52,085 nucleotides of DNA, taken from positions 1-52,085 of the IMG/VR virus record IMGVR_UViG_3300014208_001045; one strand, 5' to 3'. Source of the DNA: a virus (taxonomy: Duplodnaviria > Caudoviricetes). Positions 26,046-35,801 of this stretch are shown in pieces. Both the position numbers and the translations under genes were made by a program. The notes under the pieces are model-generated. The model saw only the letters and a program-made list of their open reading frames with translations. It was not told where the DNA came from and searched no databases. How positions within the stretch are numbered: the first letter of the stretch is position 1; every line of letters starts with the position of its first letter.

Positions 26046-26402
26046 ATGGACTGGGGCGCGAAACAAAACACAGTAAAGAAGCTTACTGACAAGTATGGAG
26101 TTTCCATGGTGATAAGGGTTTCGACCCCAACAACGGCTTATGATCCCGTTGAAGACACCGACACTCCTTCGAATACAGATTATACGGTTAAAGGAGTGAT
26201 TATTTCTCCTGATAATAAAAGGGAGAATAAAAATACATCAAGGAGCGATAATGTCAGGATCATTTTACCGGCCTTGACATTGCCTACTTTATCAGAAGTT
26301 GATTTTAAGATATTGTATGGCGCTAAAGTTTGGTCTCCTGTAAATGTTCCGGAGTTGAGGCCGGGCGGAGACATTTTAATGTATATTGTGGAAGTGAAAT
26401 AA
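26046..26402 (+). CDS. Head closure/head-tail joining protein
   Basis: 118 aa, YDP motif, position in the neck module. Confidence 0.7.
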   Translation: MDWGAKQNTVKKLTDKYGVSMVIRVSTPTTAYDPVEDTDTPSNTDYTVKGVIISPDNKRENKNTSRSDNVRIILPALTLPTLSEVDFKILYGAKVWSPVNVPELRPGGDILMYIVEVK

Positions 26403-26881
26403 TGGAATTTTTAGCAGTCGAACAATTAAGAGATGACATATCGGCATCAGCCGCAGATTTTTCAAAGGCCTTGACTGAATTAGGCAAGGCTTATGAAAAG
26501 GATGTGGGAGCGATAATTCGGTGGACTGTTTTAAAAGTGTTTAGAAATATTGTTAAGAGATCTCCAGTTCTGACCGGAACTTATAGAGGATCTCATGCCA
26601 TTTCCAATATTGAGCCTGTCTTAAATGATGTGACAGGAGCACAAAACGTCAAAAAAGGTAAGGGATTAAAGGTTCCGGTTCCCGAAGCGACATGGATATG
26701 GAAAGTTGGAGATGGCAATATCTGGATTTACAACAATCTCCCTTATGCTGAAAGGCTTGAGAATGGTTGGAGTAAACAGGCTCCGGCGGGCGTTTATAGA
26801 CTTGCCTTAAGAGAAGTTACTGTTTTTTTAAACCAGAAAACGGCACAAGCAAAAGGGTTTGAACCAGGAGGGATAGAATGA
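26402..26881 (+). CDS. HK97 gp10-like neck/tail completion protein
   Basis: SPVLTGTYRGS, NNLPYAERLENGWSKQAPAG; coupled ATG at 26402. Confidence 0.85.
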   Translation: MEFLAVEQLRDDISASAADFSKALTELGKAYEKDVGAIIRWTVLKVFRNIVKRSPVLTGTYRGSHAISNIEPVLNDVTGAQNVKKGKGLKVPVPEATWIWKVGDGNIWIYNNLPYAERLENGWSKQAPAGVYRLALREVTVFLNQKTAQAKGFEPGGIE

Positions 26882-27297
26882 CTCCAGAAGGGATAAGACA
26901 AGCAATCATGGGAGAATTGGCAACAAAATGGGTATCTGCCGCTACAGCGACATTGCCTGTTACCCCTATTGCTTACCCGAATCAAGCTTTCCAGGAAACC
27001 AATAATATCTGGATAAGACCTTTTATCAAGATGGCGGACACCCTTTATGCGGAATTAGGAGATCAAGGGGTTGGTATGAGACCCGGCGTTTTAATGGTCT
27101 CAATATTTGATCTTGCTAATACAGGGAGCAAAAAGTCTCTTGGTTATGCTGAGAGATTGGAATCATTTTTTAGAAGGAAAGAAATTTCAGGAGTAATTTT
27201 TGAAGAACCAACAACCGACATACTTGGGATTGAAGACAACGGATATTTTCATACAATGGTTTCAGTTAATTTTAGTGCTTGGGTTGGTGAAGCTTAA
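26878..27297 (+). CDS. Tail terminator-like protein (DUF4128-like)
   Basis: IAYPNQAF..WIR, GVLMVSIF..TG pattern; synteny. Confidence 0.75.
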   Translation: MTPEGIRQAIMGELATKWVSAATATLPVTPIAYPNQAFQETNNIWIRPFIKMADTLYAELGDQGVGMRPGVLMVSIFDLANTGSKKSLGYAERLESFFRRKEISGVIFEEPTTDILGIEDNGYFHTMVSVNFSAWVGEA

Positions 27298-27324
27298 GAC
27301 AATTAATATTAAAGGAGAAAAGAG

Positions 27325-27996
27325 ATGAGAAAATTACTTGATTCGATAATTTCAGCGGGAGCAAAAGGATCAGAAAAGCTTCCAGACCCCCGAGCTTATC
27401 ATGCGCTGGAGTTGGTTGTTTCTGGAACTTTTGCAAGTCTGGAAGTTGCTCTTCAAGGGAGTGTTTCGGGAAATGTTTGGGCGACTTTGGCTTCTCACAC
27501 ATTTGTAGAAGCTGACTTTACTGCTGGCGGAGTTGTAATTGAAGCAGTCAATAAGCCGGTGGAGATGGTCAGATGCAATGTTCGCATTTATAATTCCGGG
27601 ACTGCGGCAACTGCAACTCTTACCTCTACGGGTAATGCCGCTTCTGGAGACACAATTACTCTTGACACAAAGACATATACTTTTAAAACTACCTATAAGG
27701 AGATAGAGGGGCTCGTGGTTGTTGGCGGATCAGCGGCGACAAGTTTACAGAATTTAAAATATGCGGTTAACTTAGGGGTTGGTAGTGGGACGACTTATTT
27801 TGCCGCCGCCGCGCATCCTACAGCATCCGCCGCAACAGCTGATGCAACAACAATTTCTTTTGTAGCTAAAGAAGCAGGAGACGCAGGAAATGATATTGCG
27901 ACGACAAAAGTTGCCGCGAATCTGGCTTTTGGCGGTTTACACATGACTGGCGGGGTCAACTACGGAGTAGTTGATGGATATTATATGCCATATTAA
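27325..27996 (+). CDS. Ala/Thr-rich virion structural protein (neck/tail appendage)
   Basis: VALQGS..GNVW and GDTITLDTKTYTF...GNDI..T motifs; lies between terminator and tail tube. Confidence 0.65.
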   Translation: MRKLLDSIISAGAKGSEKLPDPRAYHALELVVSGTFASLEVALQGSVSGNVWATLASHTFVEADFTAGGVVIEAVNKPVEMVRCNVRIYNSGTAATATLTSTGNAASGDTITLDTKTYTFKTTYKEIEGLVVVGGSAATSLQNLKYAVNLGVGSGTTYFAAAAHPTASAATADATTISFVAKEAGDAGNDIATTKVAANLAFGGLHMTGGVNYGVVDGYYMPY

Positions 27997-28029
27997 TTTT
28001 TAACATTAATATAAGGAGGAAAAGGGACA

Positions 28030-29418
28030 ATGAGTACAAATTCAAACAGCATAGGATTGGCAAGGAGACAAAAAGCGTTCTTTTTGCTTGAGGACACTTT
28101 TGGAACAATTCAATTCCCGGTTGGGACTTTGGACTTTATCGCCCCGGTCGGAAACGCATCAATTAATCAGAACCCGGCATTTGTTGATTCAGAAGAAGTC
28201 CAAGATACTTTGGATGTGACAAACCGATTTCAAAACGCTCTCCCTGCGGCTGTTTGGAGTCTCCCAATGTATCTTCGTCCTTCGGGGACTATCGGATCTC
28301 CTCCGCAGGGTTCTGCTTTGTTCAGAGCATTACAGGGAGCGACAAATGCTACTACGACCGCCGCTATTACAACTGATCCCGGCGCCACTGCAGGAACGAT
28401 TGAAATTGGAACCATTGCTGGCGGGATTATGCCGGAGACAGGAGTAGTCACAGTAGATACGGAGAAAATCCGATACTCTGGCATTTTAAGGGCATCAAGA
28501 ACGGCCACAGCGGCGACTTTGACCGGTTGCGAAAGAGGATATGATGCTTCGACTGCCGCAACCCATGCGCCTGCTAAAGTCGTAACCCTGTCAAGTATTT
28601 TTTACAGACAAACGACAACCTCTCCGTCATTTTCTCTTTGGGTAGAATCGGATCATCTTGTTCAGGGAGTTCAAGGAGCAAGTGTTGATGCCTGCGATAT
28701 GGAGGTCAACAACGAAGGAGCCATTACGTTTAATTTTTCCGGGCAGGGAATGAAAATGGTTTGGGCTGGATCTTCGTCCCTGTCTGCATCAAGCTTGGCG
28801 ACAAATACTCATCTCCATGTAGTAGATGCCTCATTATATTCTACAGGGGCATATATCTGGAACTATACAAAAGGGGCAGGGGTTAGCGCTCATGCCAGCA
28901 TAGCGACTGTTGATACGGTAAATAACATCCTTTATCTTTCTAATGCGCTCGGTTGTACCGGAGCTACAAGCGATGTTATAAAAGGATATCTCCCGACAGG
29001 AACGCTTATTGGAGATCCGATTGAATCAAAGAATACTTCTCTGTTGATTAATGGGGTAGCGACTTTGATCAAGGCTTCGTCTCTTTCTATTAAGGCTCCG
29101 AAAAAGTATCTGACTGATGAGGTTGGTACTTTATTTCCTGAAGATTTTCTTGAAGACAAAAGAGACATAAGCGGATCATTGAGAATTTATTTCCGCAAGG
29201 CTGATGCCAAATATTTTACCAAAGGATTGAGTTCGACAGAGTATCCTGTGCTTATCAACTTTGGTAATGTTGACGGAGAAGAAGTAGTCCTTTATATGAA
29301 GAGAGTAAAGATAGAAGCTCCGGCTGTTGAGTTTAGCACTCCGGCAATTGATCTGACAATTCCGGTAAAGGCTCTTGGCACGGTTGGAGAAGATTCACTT
29401 GAAGTAATTTTACCATAA
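28030..29418 (+). CDS. Major tail tube protein with inserted surface domains
   Basis: PSFSLWVE, KRDISGSLRIYF core; inserts such as GVVTVDTEKIRYSG...LTGCERGYD...H; precedes the chaperones. Confidence 0.82.
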   Translation: MSTNSNSIGLARRQKAFFLLEDTFGTIQFPVGTLDFIAPVGNASINQNPAFVDSEEVQDTLDVTNRFQNALPAAVWSLPMYLRPSGTIGSPPQGSALFRALQGATNATTTAAITTDPGATAGTIEIGTIAGGIMPETGVVTVDTEKIRYSGILRASRTATAATLTGCERGYDASTAATHAPAKVVTLSSIFYRQTTTSPSFSLWVESDHLVQGVQGASVDACDMEVNNEGAITFNFSGQGMKMVWAGSSSLSASSLATNTHLHVVDASLYSTGAYIWNYTKGAGVSAHASIATVDTVNNILYLSNALGCTGATSDVIKGYLPTGTLIGDPIESKNTSLLINGVATLIKASSLSIKAPKKYLTDEVGTLFPEDFLEDKRDISGSLRIYFRKADAKYFTKGLSSTEYPVLINFGNVDGEEVVLYMKRVKIEAPAVEFSTPAIDLTIPVKALGTVGEDSLEVILP

Positions 29419-29426
29419 AATTAAAG

Positions 29427-29494
29427 TTTGGTGCGGATAGATAGAATTCATCCTATTGAAAGCGACCCGGCGCCCTCCGCACCAAAGCCTTTTT
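29427..29494 (+). promoter_or_regulatory. Three-way-junction RNA structure / terminator-like element between tail tube and chaperone genes
   Basis: Perfect 11-bp TTTGGTGCGGA 29427-37 / TCCGCACCAAA 29476-86 enclosing ATAG/CTAT and GCG/CGC stems joined by GAAA; T-run follows. Confidence 0.55.
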
Positions 29495-29534
29495 CTCCGG
29501 GAGATATGATTGCAGGTTAAACCGGGAGGATAGT

Positions 29535-29918
29535 ATGAAATTAAGAATCAAAGCAGAAGAAAGATGGGTAACAGTTCACAAGTCTGAAGGATCAGAAGAG
29601 AAAGCAGAATTTTTATTGATCTGCTTGAGCCCAAGAGACAATTTCGATTTAGTCCAGGAAAATACTAAAAAAGAGTGGGAGAATGGACAGCGTTTTGAGA
29701 CTGCTGATCTATATGCATTTAAGATCGGCAAGATCTGCAAGACAATAAAGGACTGGAAAGGAATTGAAGCGCCAGACGGAAGTCCTCTCCCATGTACTGA
29801 TGAATGGAAAAAGATCGTTTATCTCTACAATCCCGAATTTATCAACAAGGTTTTAGATGAAGCGGAGAAATTATCTCAAGATGTTGCCGGTAAAACGGAA
29901 GCTGAAATAAAAAACTAA
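29535..29918 (+). CDS. Tail assembly chaperone (gpG-like)
   Basis: IKDWKGI..PDG.PLPC motif; ends EIKN at a slippery site. Confidence 0.85.
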   Translation: MKLRIKAEERWVTVHKSEGSEEKAEFLLICLSPRDNFDLVQENTKKEWENGQRFETADLYAFKIGKICKTIKDWKGIEAPDGSPLPCTDEWKKIVYLYNPEFINKVLDEAEKLSQDVAGKTEAEIKN

Positions 29919-30235
29919 TTGAGTGGGTTGGGTGGGAGTCAAATTTAAGCAATGCGGGGTGCCCAGCCTGCCGAGAACTTTATAACAATTCTCCTCCTTG
30001 TGATGAATGTAGTAAAATAGATCTTCTGCCAGAAAACCAAAGTTCCTGGCATCTTTGGAGGGGTCTGGCCATCAATTTTAGAAAGATGGGTTTTAGTCAT
30101 TGGAATAAACTGGAGTTAAGAGACATTTTAGAGCTTTGTGAACTTTATGACATTTGTCTGGACGATTTTGAAAAAGTATTGTTGATTGAGCAATTAATGC
30201 ACCCGGCAGTAGTAAAAGGGTATTTTCCAAAATAA
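29909..30235 (+). CDS. -1 frameshift extension of the tail chaperone (gpGT-like, DUF1799-like), not in the ORF track
   Basis: Slippery A AAA AAC at 29909-29915; -1 frame open to TAA 30233-35: LIEWVGWE...CPACRELY..PPCDEC..LLPENQSSW... Confidence 0.85.
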   Translation, partial: KKLIEWVGWESNLSNAGCPACRELYNNSPPCDECSKIDLLPENQSSWHLWRGLAINFRKMGFSHWNKLELRDILELCELYDICLDDFEKVLLIEQLMHPAVVKGYFPK

Positions 30236-30247
30236 GGAGAAGAGAAA

Positions 30248-33001
30248 TTGCCTGGAGTAAAAATAAAAGTTGATACCGCTGAATCGGTCGCTAAGACTGA
30301 AGCCCTTAAAAAGTCTTTCGACAAGCTTGGAGACTCTGCTCAAAAAACGGCTAAACAGACAGATGGGTTTAGCAAGGCTCTTAAACAGGCGATGGGTTTT
30401 ATTGCTGTTGGTCAACTCACCAATATGTTAAAGGATGTCGCCCTTGCAGGAGCCAGATACGAAACCCTTGGTGTTTCGATGAATGTTGTTGGTAAGACGG
30501 CGGGATATTCAACCCGGGAGATGGAGAACTTCTCAAAGGCTTTACAATCAACCGGTATTTCAATGTCAGAATCCCGCCAGTCTCTTTTACAAATGACTCA
30601 GGCCCAGCTTGATCTTAGTAAGTCAACCGAGCTTGCCCGGGTGGCTCAGGATGCGGCTGTTATTGGCCAGATGAACTCGTCAGAAGCTTTTAACAATCTT
30701 GTTTATGGTATCCAGTCTGCTAATACGGTTGTCCTTCGGACAATGGGTATCAATATTAGTTTTGAAGATTCTTATAAGAGAGTTGCCGCCGCCACAGGGA
30801 GAAGTGCAGTCTCTTTCAGCAAAGCGGAAGAAGCAGAGATCCGATTAAACGCAGTTTTGGAATATGGTAAAAGGATTGCCGGGACTTATGAAGCGGCAAT
30901 GAACACCGCAGGCAAACAACTTAGTTCTTTTACCAGGTATATTCAAAATTTCAAAGTCGAAATGGGACAGGCTTTTAATCCAGCTACTGCTTTGATTATT
31001 GAAACTGCAACTAAGGAGATGAAAGAGTTTACCAAAGAGATTACCCGCCCCGATGTCCAAGAGGCTTTGGCCGGGATGGGTAAGACTACGGCAGATACTT
31101 TTAAAAATATTATAAGTTTTTCAAAAGCGGCAGGAGGAATGGTTTTCACCATTTTAGAAGGATGGAATCAACTTCCTCCTTTAATACAACAAGTAGGTTT
31201 GCTGGCGGCTGTTGCTTTTGGAGCAAAGGGGGTTGCGGCTTTTGCAGGGATCTCTTTGCTGGAAGACTGGGTTGGATTAATGGGTCAGGCGATTGATCTG
31301 GCCAACAAAGGGAAAGTAAGCTGGTCTCAAATTGCAGGGGCGGGAGATGTCAAAGAATTAAGAGCCCTTGTCGCCAACACCACAAGCAAGAATCCTTTAG
31401 TCCGTCTTGAAAGCCAGGAGGCAAAGTTAAAAAAGGACATCGAAAATTATGAAAGAGAGATGTCTGGTATTATGTATTTCGGGGAGACTCCTGAAAAACT
31501 TAAGAAAGCGAGAGAAGATTTAAAAAAGATTCAGGAAGAGAAAAAGATATATACTGTCAAAGACGATTTGGTCGATTCTCATGGTGTGGGTAGATTTAAC
31601 TCCCTTAAAAGAAAGGCGATGAAGGATGAGGCAGACGAAAAGGAGAAGGCCTTAAAAGCATCTGAGGAAGCAAAAAGGGTGGAAGAAGATATTTTTAAGA
31701 TCAAGTTGGAGACCCGTAAAATCGGTAAAGGAGAGACGGGTAAGGCTTTAGAGGATCTGGATGAAGAAGTCAGGAAAATGAGAAAAGCCGGGGCGGATGA
31801 AAATACCGTCCATAGATATACGGCCGCTCAGAAGGTACAGATTTATGCCAAAGCGGCAGAGGAAATGCAAAAGTCTGATTTGGAAGGGATTGAGGCGGGA
31901 CAAAAAGCAAGGGATGAAATATTTGATGATTGGTTACAAAAGTTTCAGGAAGCTGAAAAATTAGAACAGGAGAGAAATGAGCGTCTTGGCGAACTTGCTT
32001 TGGTTGATCAAAAAACAAGAGACCAGACTCCGGAAGAGACAAAGAATAAACTGGAGACTGCAAAAGCGATGTACGAAGGGATGAAGGGCTATGAAAAAGA
32101 TTATTATGCCGCTTCTTTATCTCTTTTAAATATTTCAAAGGATCAACAACTGTTAATATTAAATAGAGGGGTTTCTGATTATGAAGAGATATTAAAGAAT
32201 CGTCTTTTAGTGGATGAATGGTATGAGGAGCAGAAGAAACAATTGCAGTATAATGCGGCAGTTAATGGCGATGATTTTATTGCAGGAGCGCTTGCCGAAT
32301 ATCAAAAAATGGAAGACGAGAAATTAAGAATGGGTAGGGCTGGAGCGGAGTTGATGAAAGGAGTCTTTTCTGAAATGAGATCTTCTTTTTCGGAGATCTT
32401 TTACGACAGCTGGACGGGTAAACTGAAATCAGCGGAAGATTATTTCAAAAGCTTTGCCAATTCGATTGCAAAGATGTGGGCAGATACTTGTAGCCAGATG
32501 ATTACCGATTGGCTTCGCCAGCAAATGATTACAGGGATAACAAAGATTGTTGGAGCCGCCGTCAGTTATGGAGCAGGGGCAGGAGCCAGCGGGTTCGGGG
32601 GAGAGTCAGCCCCAAGTAGCGGCTGGGGTGGTGGAGATGGTGGTTTTGGCGGGGGTAATTATCAAGTAGCTCAGACAGGACACACCGGAGGAGTAATTGG
32701 CGAAGATCGTCTGCCCTTAAGACTTCTTCCTGATAGTTATTTTGTTAATGCTCCGAGATATCACTCAGGTATTGGCCCGGGAGAACAGGCCGCAGTTATT
32801 AAAGATGATGAAGGGGTGTTTACTCAGGCTCAAATGAAGGCAATGGGCAAAAAGTCTGAAGTAAAGGTGGAGATAGCCAATATTGTCTCTCCCGAAATGT
32901 TTGATTCTTATATGTCGACAACTCGTGGTCAGAACGCAGTGATGAATGTTATTTCAGGCAGAGGCGGAACGCTCAAGAGAGTGATACAGATGGAAGGGTA
33001 G
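30248..33001 (+). CDS. Tape measure protein (917 aa)
   Basis: Long Ala-rich helical ORF after the chaperones; C-terminal HTGGVIG..APRYHSG..GE motif; TTG start. Confidence 0.92.
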   Translation: MPGVKIKVDTAESVAKTEALKKSFDKLGDSAQKTAKQTDGFSKALKQAMGFIAVGQLTNMLKDVALAGARYETLGVSMNVVGKTAGYSTREMENFSKALQSTGISMSESRQSLLQMTQAQLDLSKSTELARVAQDAAVIGQMNSSEAFNNLVYGIQSANTVVLRTMGINISFEDSYKRVAAATGRSAVSFSKAEEAEIRLNAVLEYGKRIAGTYEAAMNTAGKQLSSFTRYIQNFKVEMGQAFNPATALIIETATKEMKEFTKEITRPDVQEALAGMGKTTADTFKNIISFSKAAGGMVFTILEGWNQLPPLIQQVGLLAAVAFGAKGVAAFAGISLLEDWVGLMGQAIDLANKGKVSWSQIAGAGDVKELRALVANTTSKNPLVRLESQEAKLKKDIENYEREMSGIMYFGETPEKLKKAREDLKKIQEEKKIYTVKDDLVDSHGVGRFNSLKRKAMKDEADEKEKALKASEEAKRVEEDIFKIKLETRKIGKGETGKALEDLDEEVRKMRKAGADENTVHRYTAAQKVQIYAKAAEEMQKSDLEGIEAGQKARDEIFDDWLQKFQEAEKLEQERNERLGELALVDQKTRDQTPEETKNKLETAKAMYEGMKGYEKDYYAASLSLLNISKDQQLLILNRGVSDYEEILKNRLLVDEWYEEQKKQLQYNAAVNGDDFIAGALAEYQKMEDEKLRMGRAGAELMKGVFSEMRSSFSEIFYDSWTGKLKSAEDYFKSFANSIAKMWADTCSQMITDWLRQQMITGITKIVGAAVSYGAGAGASGFGGESAPSSGWGGGDGGFGGGNYQVAQTGHTGGVIGEDRLPLRLLPDSYFVNAPRYHSGIGPGEQAAVIKDDEGVFTQAQMKAMGKKSEVKVEIANIVSPEMFDSYMSTTRGQNAVMNVISGRGGTLKRVIQMEG

Positions 33002-33007
33002 AGACAG

Positions 33008-34213
33008 ATGTCCGTTTATCTTACAATAAAACCGAAAGCTCAAAAGGTTTCTCATATCTGGAGAACTGGTATTCAAAGAAATTATTCCGGAAATGAAAAA
33101 AGGACTATGCTCTACACTTGGCCGCGGATTAAACTTAATGCTTCTTTTTTGGCCCTGAGAGACAATAAAATAAATTGGATCAAGAGAAATTTGATTTACA
33201 GTTCTGATTCTCTTTGGTCAGTTCCTATCTGGCTTGACAAAACACTCTTGACCGCTCAAGCTTCTTCCGGGCAAAAAATTATCTCTGTTGCTGAAACAGA
33301 TTATAGACATTTTTATCAGGGGAGAAAATGTTTATTGGTTAAACCGTCTGATTTTACTGTTTATGAAGCGGCGACAATGTCAACAATAAGTTCTGTGGAA
33401 ATCATTACGACTTCTAATCTGGTGTCTACTTGGCCTGCAGGATCTTTTATCTTCCCTTTATATGATTGCCGCCTATCTCCGGAACAGGAGATCTCTATTA
33501 ATTCGGCAATAATGAGAAATACTATCCTTGATTTGGAATTCGTTGAGGCGTATGAGACGGCCAGATCCTTTACTTATACGGCTCCGTCTTCTGGAGCGGC
33601 TACATATCACGGAGAAGATGTTTTTATTCAGCCCTTGCATAAGCCTCTTTCATATAAGTTTAATCGGCCCGGTGAATTACTCCAATTTTTAGGGATCGGC
33701 TATTTTGATTCTGAATTAGCATTGGGCAGAAATTTTATGACTATGAAAAGTTCTATAAGAAGGCTTTCGAGACAAGATCTTTGGGAGACTTTTACTTTTT
33801 TTGATTCTAAGCAGGGCAGGCTTGGTCAATTTTGGGTTCCTACATGGGCAAAAGATATTGTGGTTACTCAAGCAATATTATCTACGGATACCGTAATAAA
33901 TATTGAAGACATTGAATACGGAACATTTTATTTGAATAACGAGATAATCGGGAGACATATTTATATACAGTTTCCAGACGGATCTTATACTTTTAAGAAA
34001 ATTGTAGATGCGGCTACGACAACAATTACTCTTCATGAGGCAATCGGAACGACAGTTTTGGGGAATGGATTGTCAAAGGTTTTGATCTGTTTTTTAATGT
34101 TGGCAAGGTTTGATATGGATACCCTGACGATGAATTATATAGATGGAGACAAAGGAATGGCAGATTTAAGTTTTTGTGGTTTATTGGACTCTTCTACTTT
34201 GGCGACTTTATAG
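33008..34213 (+). CDS. Distal tail / tail tip protein
   Basis: Follows the tape measure gene; GNEKR, GRLGQFWVPTW, LARFDMD motifs. Confidence 0.72.
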   Translation: MSVYLTIKPKAQKVSHIWRTGIQRNYSGNEKRTMLYTWPRIKLNASFLALRDNKINWIKRNLIYSSDSLWSVPIWLDKTLLTAQASSGQKIISVAETDYRHFYQGRKCLLVKPSDFTVYEAATMSTISSVEIITTSNLVSTWPAGSFIFPLYDCRLSPEQEISINSAIMRNTILDLEFVEAYETARSFTYTAPSSGAATYHGEDVFIQPLHKPLSYKFNRPGELLQFLGIGYFDSELALGRNFMTMKSSIRRLSRQDLWETFTFFDSKQGRLGQFWVPTWAKDIVVTQAILSTDTVINIEDIEYGTFYLNNEIIGRHIYIQFPDGSYTFKKIVDAATTTITLHEAIGTTVLGNGLSKVLICFLMLARFDMDTLTMNYIDGDKGMADLSFCGLLDSSTLATL

Positions 34214-34222
34214 GGAGATTTT

Positions 34223-35035
34223 TTGAAAACACAATCACAAACCTATATAGATAAAGAGACCGGATCTACTCGTAAACCATTGGAGCTTTACAAGATATGG
34301 AGCGGGTCTACCTATTGGTATTATACTAATGGAGATGTTGCTGTGACTTATGATGGCCATTCTTATGAACCTGCGCCTATCAAAAGACAAAGCGTTTCTT
34401 ATGATTCAACTTTAGATGTAACGAATCTCAAGATAGAGTTTGCGACTATAACAGATCCAGCCGTTCAATATATAGCTCAAAACCCGATTGCGATTACATG
34501 GATCGAAGTCTCCCGTTTGTTTAGAGATCAAGATCCTTATGAAAAATCGGTTATTTTTATTGGTCAGATAAAGAAGGTTGCTTTTAAAGGGCTCTCTGCT
34601 TTAGGTGATTGTGTTGGTTTTGAGCATTTTTTAAAAGTCCCGGTTCCTGCTTTTAGATATCAGATCACCTGCAATCATCAAGTTTTTGATGCTAAGTGTC
34701 AATTAGTTGCGGCAACCTGGAAAGTCTCTGCGCAGGTTACATTGGATGCTACAAAGACTATTTTATCAAGTGCTACTTTTGCGTCTTATGCCGGATCATA
34801 TTTTACAGGGGGTCTTGTTTCTTTTGAAGGGGAGAGCAGAACGGTTGTTGCAAATTCTTCCGGTACAATTACTCTTGGTTTTAAAATGTTGAATTTGGAA
34901 GACAATGATGTGATAGATGTCTATCCCGGCTGTAATGGTAGGGTAACTACTTGCAGAGATAAATTTAATAATATTGTTAATTTTTTAGGATTCCCGTTTA
35001 TTCCAGACGAAAATCCAGCGACAAGGATGCCATAA
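34223..35035 (+). CDS. Tail hub protein, DUF2163/BR0599 family (gpL-like, Cys cluster)
   Basis: YQITCNH.VFD.KC...YPGCNG..TTCRDKFNN..NFLGFPFIP. Confidence 0.9.
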   Translation: MKTQSQTYIDKETGSTRKPLELYKIWSGSTYWYYTNGDVAVTYDGHSYEPAPIKRQSVSYDSTLDVTNLKIEFATITDPAVQYIAQNPIAITWIEVSRLFRDQDPYEKSVIFIGQIKKVAFKGLSALGDCVGFEHFLKVPVPAFRYQITCNHQVFDAKCQLVAATWKVSAQVTLDATKTILSSATFASYAGSYFTGGLVSFEGESRTVVANSSGTITLGFKMLNLEDNDVIDVYPGCNGRVTTCRDKFNNIVNFLGFPFIPDENPATRMP

Positions 35036-35490
35036 TGAAAGACTATTTTGATGATATTGAAAGACGGGAGAAGCTTTTGGCCATTCTTGAATCTTGGCTC
35101 GGGACTCCTTTTCGACATCATAGTGGAGTAAAAGGTCTCGGTACGGACTGCATACATTTTGTGGGCCGGGTATTTGAGGAGATGGGGTTAGTAAGGTGGA
35201 AGAAAGACATTATCCCTGATTATCCAAGAGACTGGCATTTACATAGTACCCGGGAAATGTTAAAAGAGCGGGTTTTGAAAGAGCTAAAAGTCGTTCAGGT
35301 AAGTTTGGGTGATGAATTAAAAGATGGAGATATTTTGTTATTTCACTTGGGCAAAGCGGCATCACATGCGGGTATTTATTATAAAGAATATGTTTATCAA
35401 GCGGTGGAGAGAATGGGAGTTTGTAAGGTTTCTATTGTGGATAAAGTAGCTAAGAGACAATTAAAATTTATTTTGAGGGTGATAGAATGA
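35035..35490 (+). CDS. NlpC/P60 tail-associated peptidase
   Basis: WLGTPFRH..G.DC (catalytic Cys), GDILLF, SHAGIY (His). Confidence 0.9.
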   Translation: MKDYFDDIERREKLLAILESWLGTPFRHHSGVKGLGTDCIHFVGRVFEEMGLVRWKKDIIPDYPRDWHLHSTREMLKERVLKELKVVQVSLGDELKDGDILLFHLGKAASHAGIYYKEYVYQAVERMGVCKVSIVDKVAKRQLKFILRVIE

Positions 35491-35798
35491 GTTTACAAGG
35501 AGCAATTACCGGCGGCATAAGTGGGGCGATGTACGGAGGTATGGGCTGGGGCTGGGTTGGCGCTATTGTTGGTTTTGTAATTGGCGCTGTGGTTGGAGGA
35601 CTTCTTGGTCTTTTAAACCAGCCGCCCGATGTCAAATTGCCGGGGGCTCCTGATGTTCAGGCCTTATCTATTACAAGCAATATTATTGGAGAGCCGGTTA
35701 TTGATGTTTTAGGATCAGCAAAAGTAGTTGGAACTCTCCTGTTTTTTGGCGGAGAAAGAGCGGTGCCAATTCTTCAGAAAGTACAAGAAGGAAAGTGA
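35487..35798 (+). CDS. Small tail tip protein (N-terminal hydrophobic Gly-rich segment)
   Basis: GEPVIDVLGS motif; same frame as the next gene, separated by TGA TAA. Confidence 0.75.
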   Translation: MSLQGAITGGISGAMYGGMGWGWVGAIVGFVIGAVVGGLLGLLNQPPDVKLPGAPDVQALSITSNIIGEPVIDVLGSAKVVGTLLFFGGERAVPILQKVQEGK

Positions 35799-35801
35799 TA
35801 A

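Noticed and set aside
29427-29486. tRNA or tRNA fragment
   Set aside because: No T-loop (TTCRA) or D-loop consensus, and the arm arrangement does not fit a cloverleaf.
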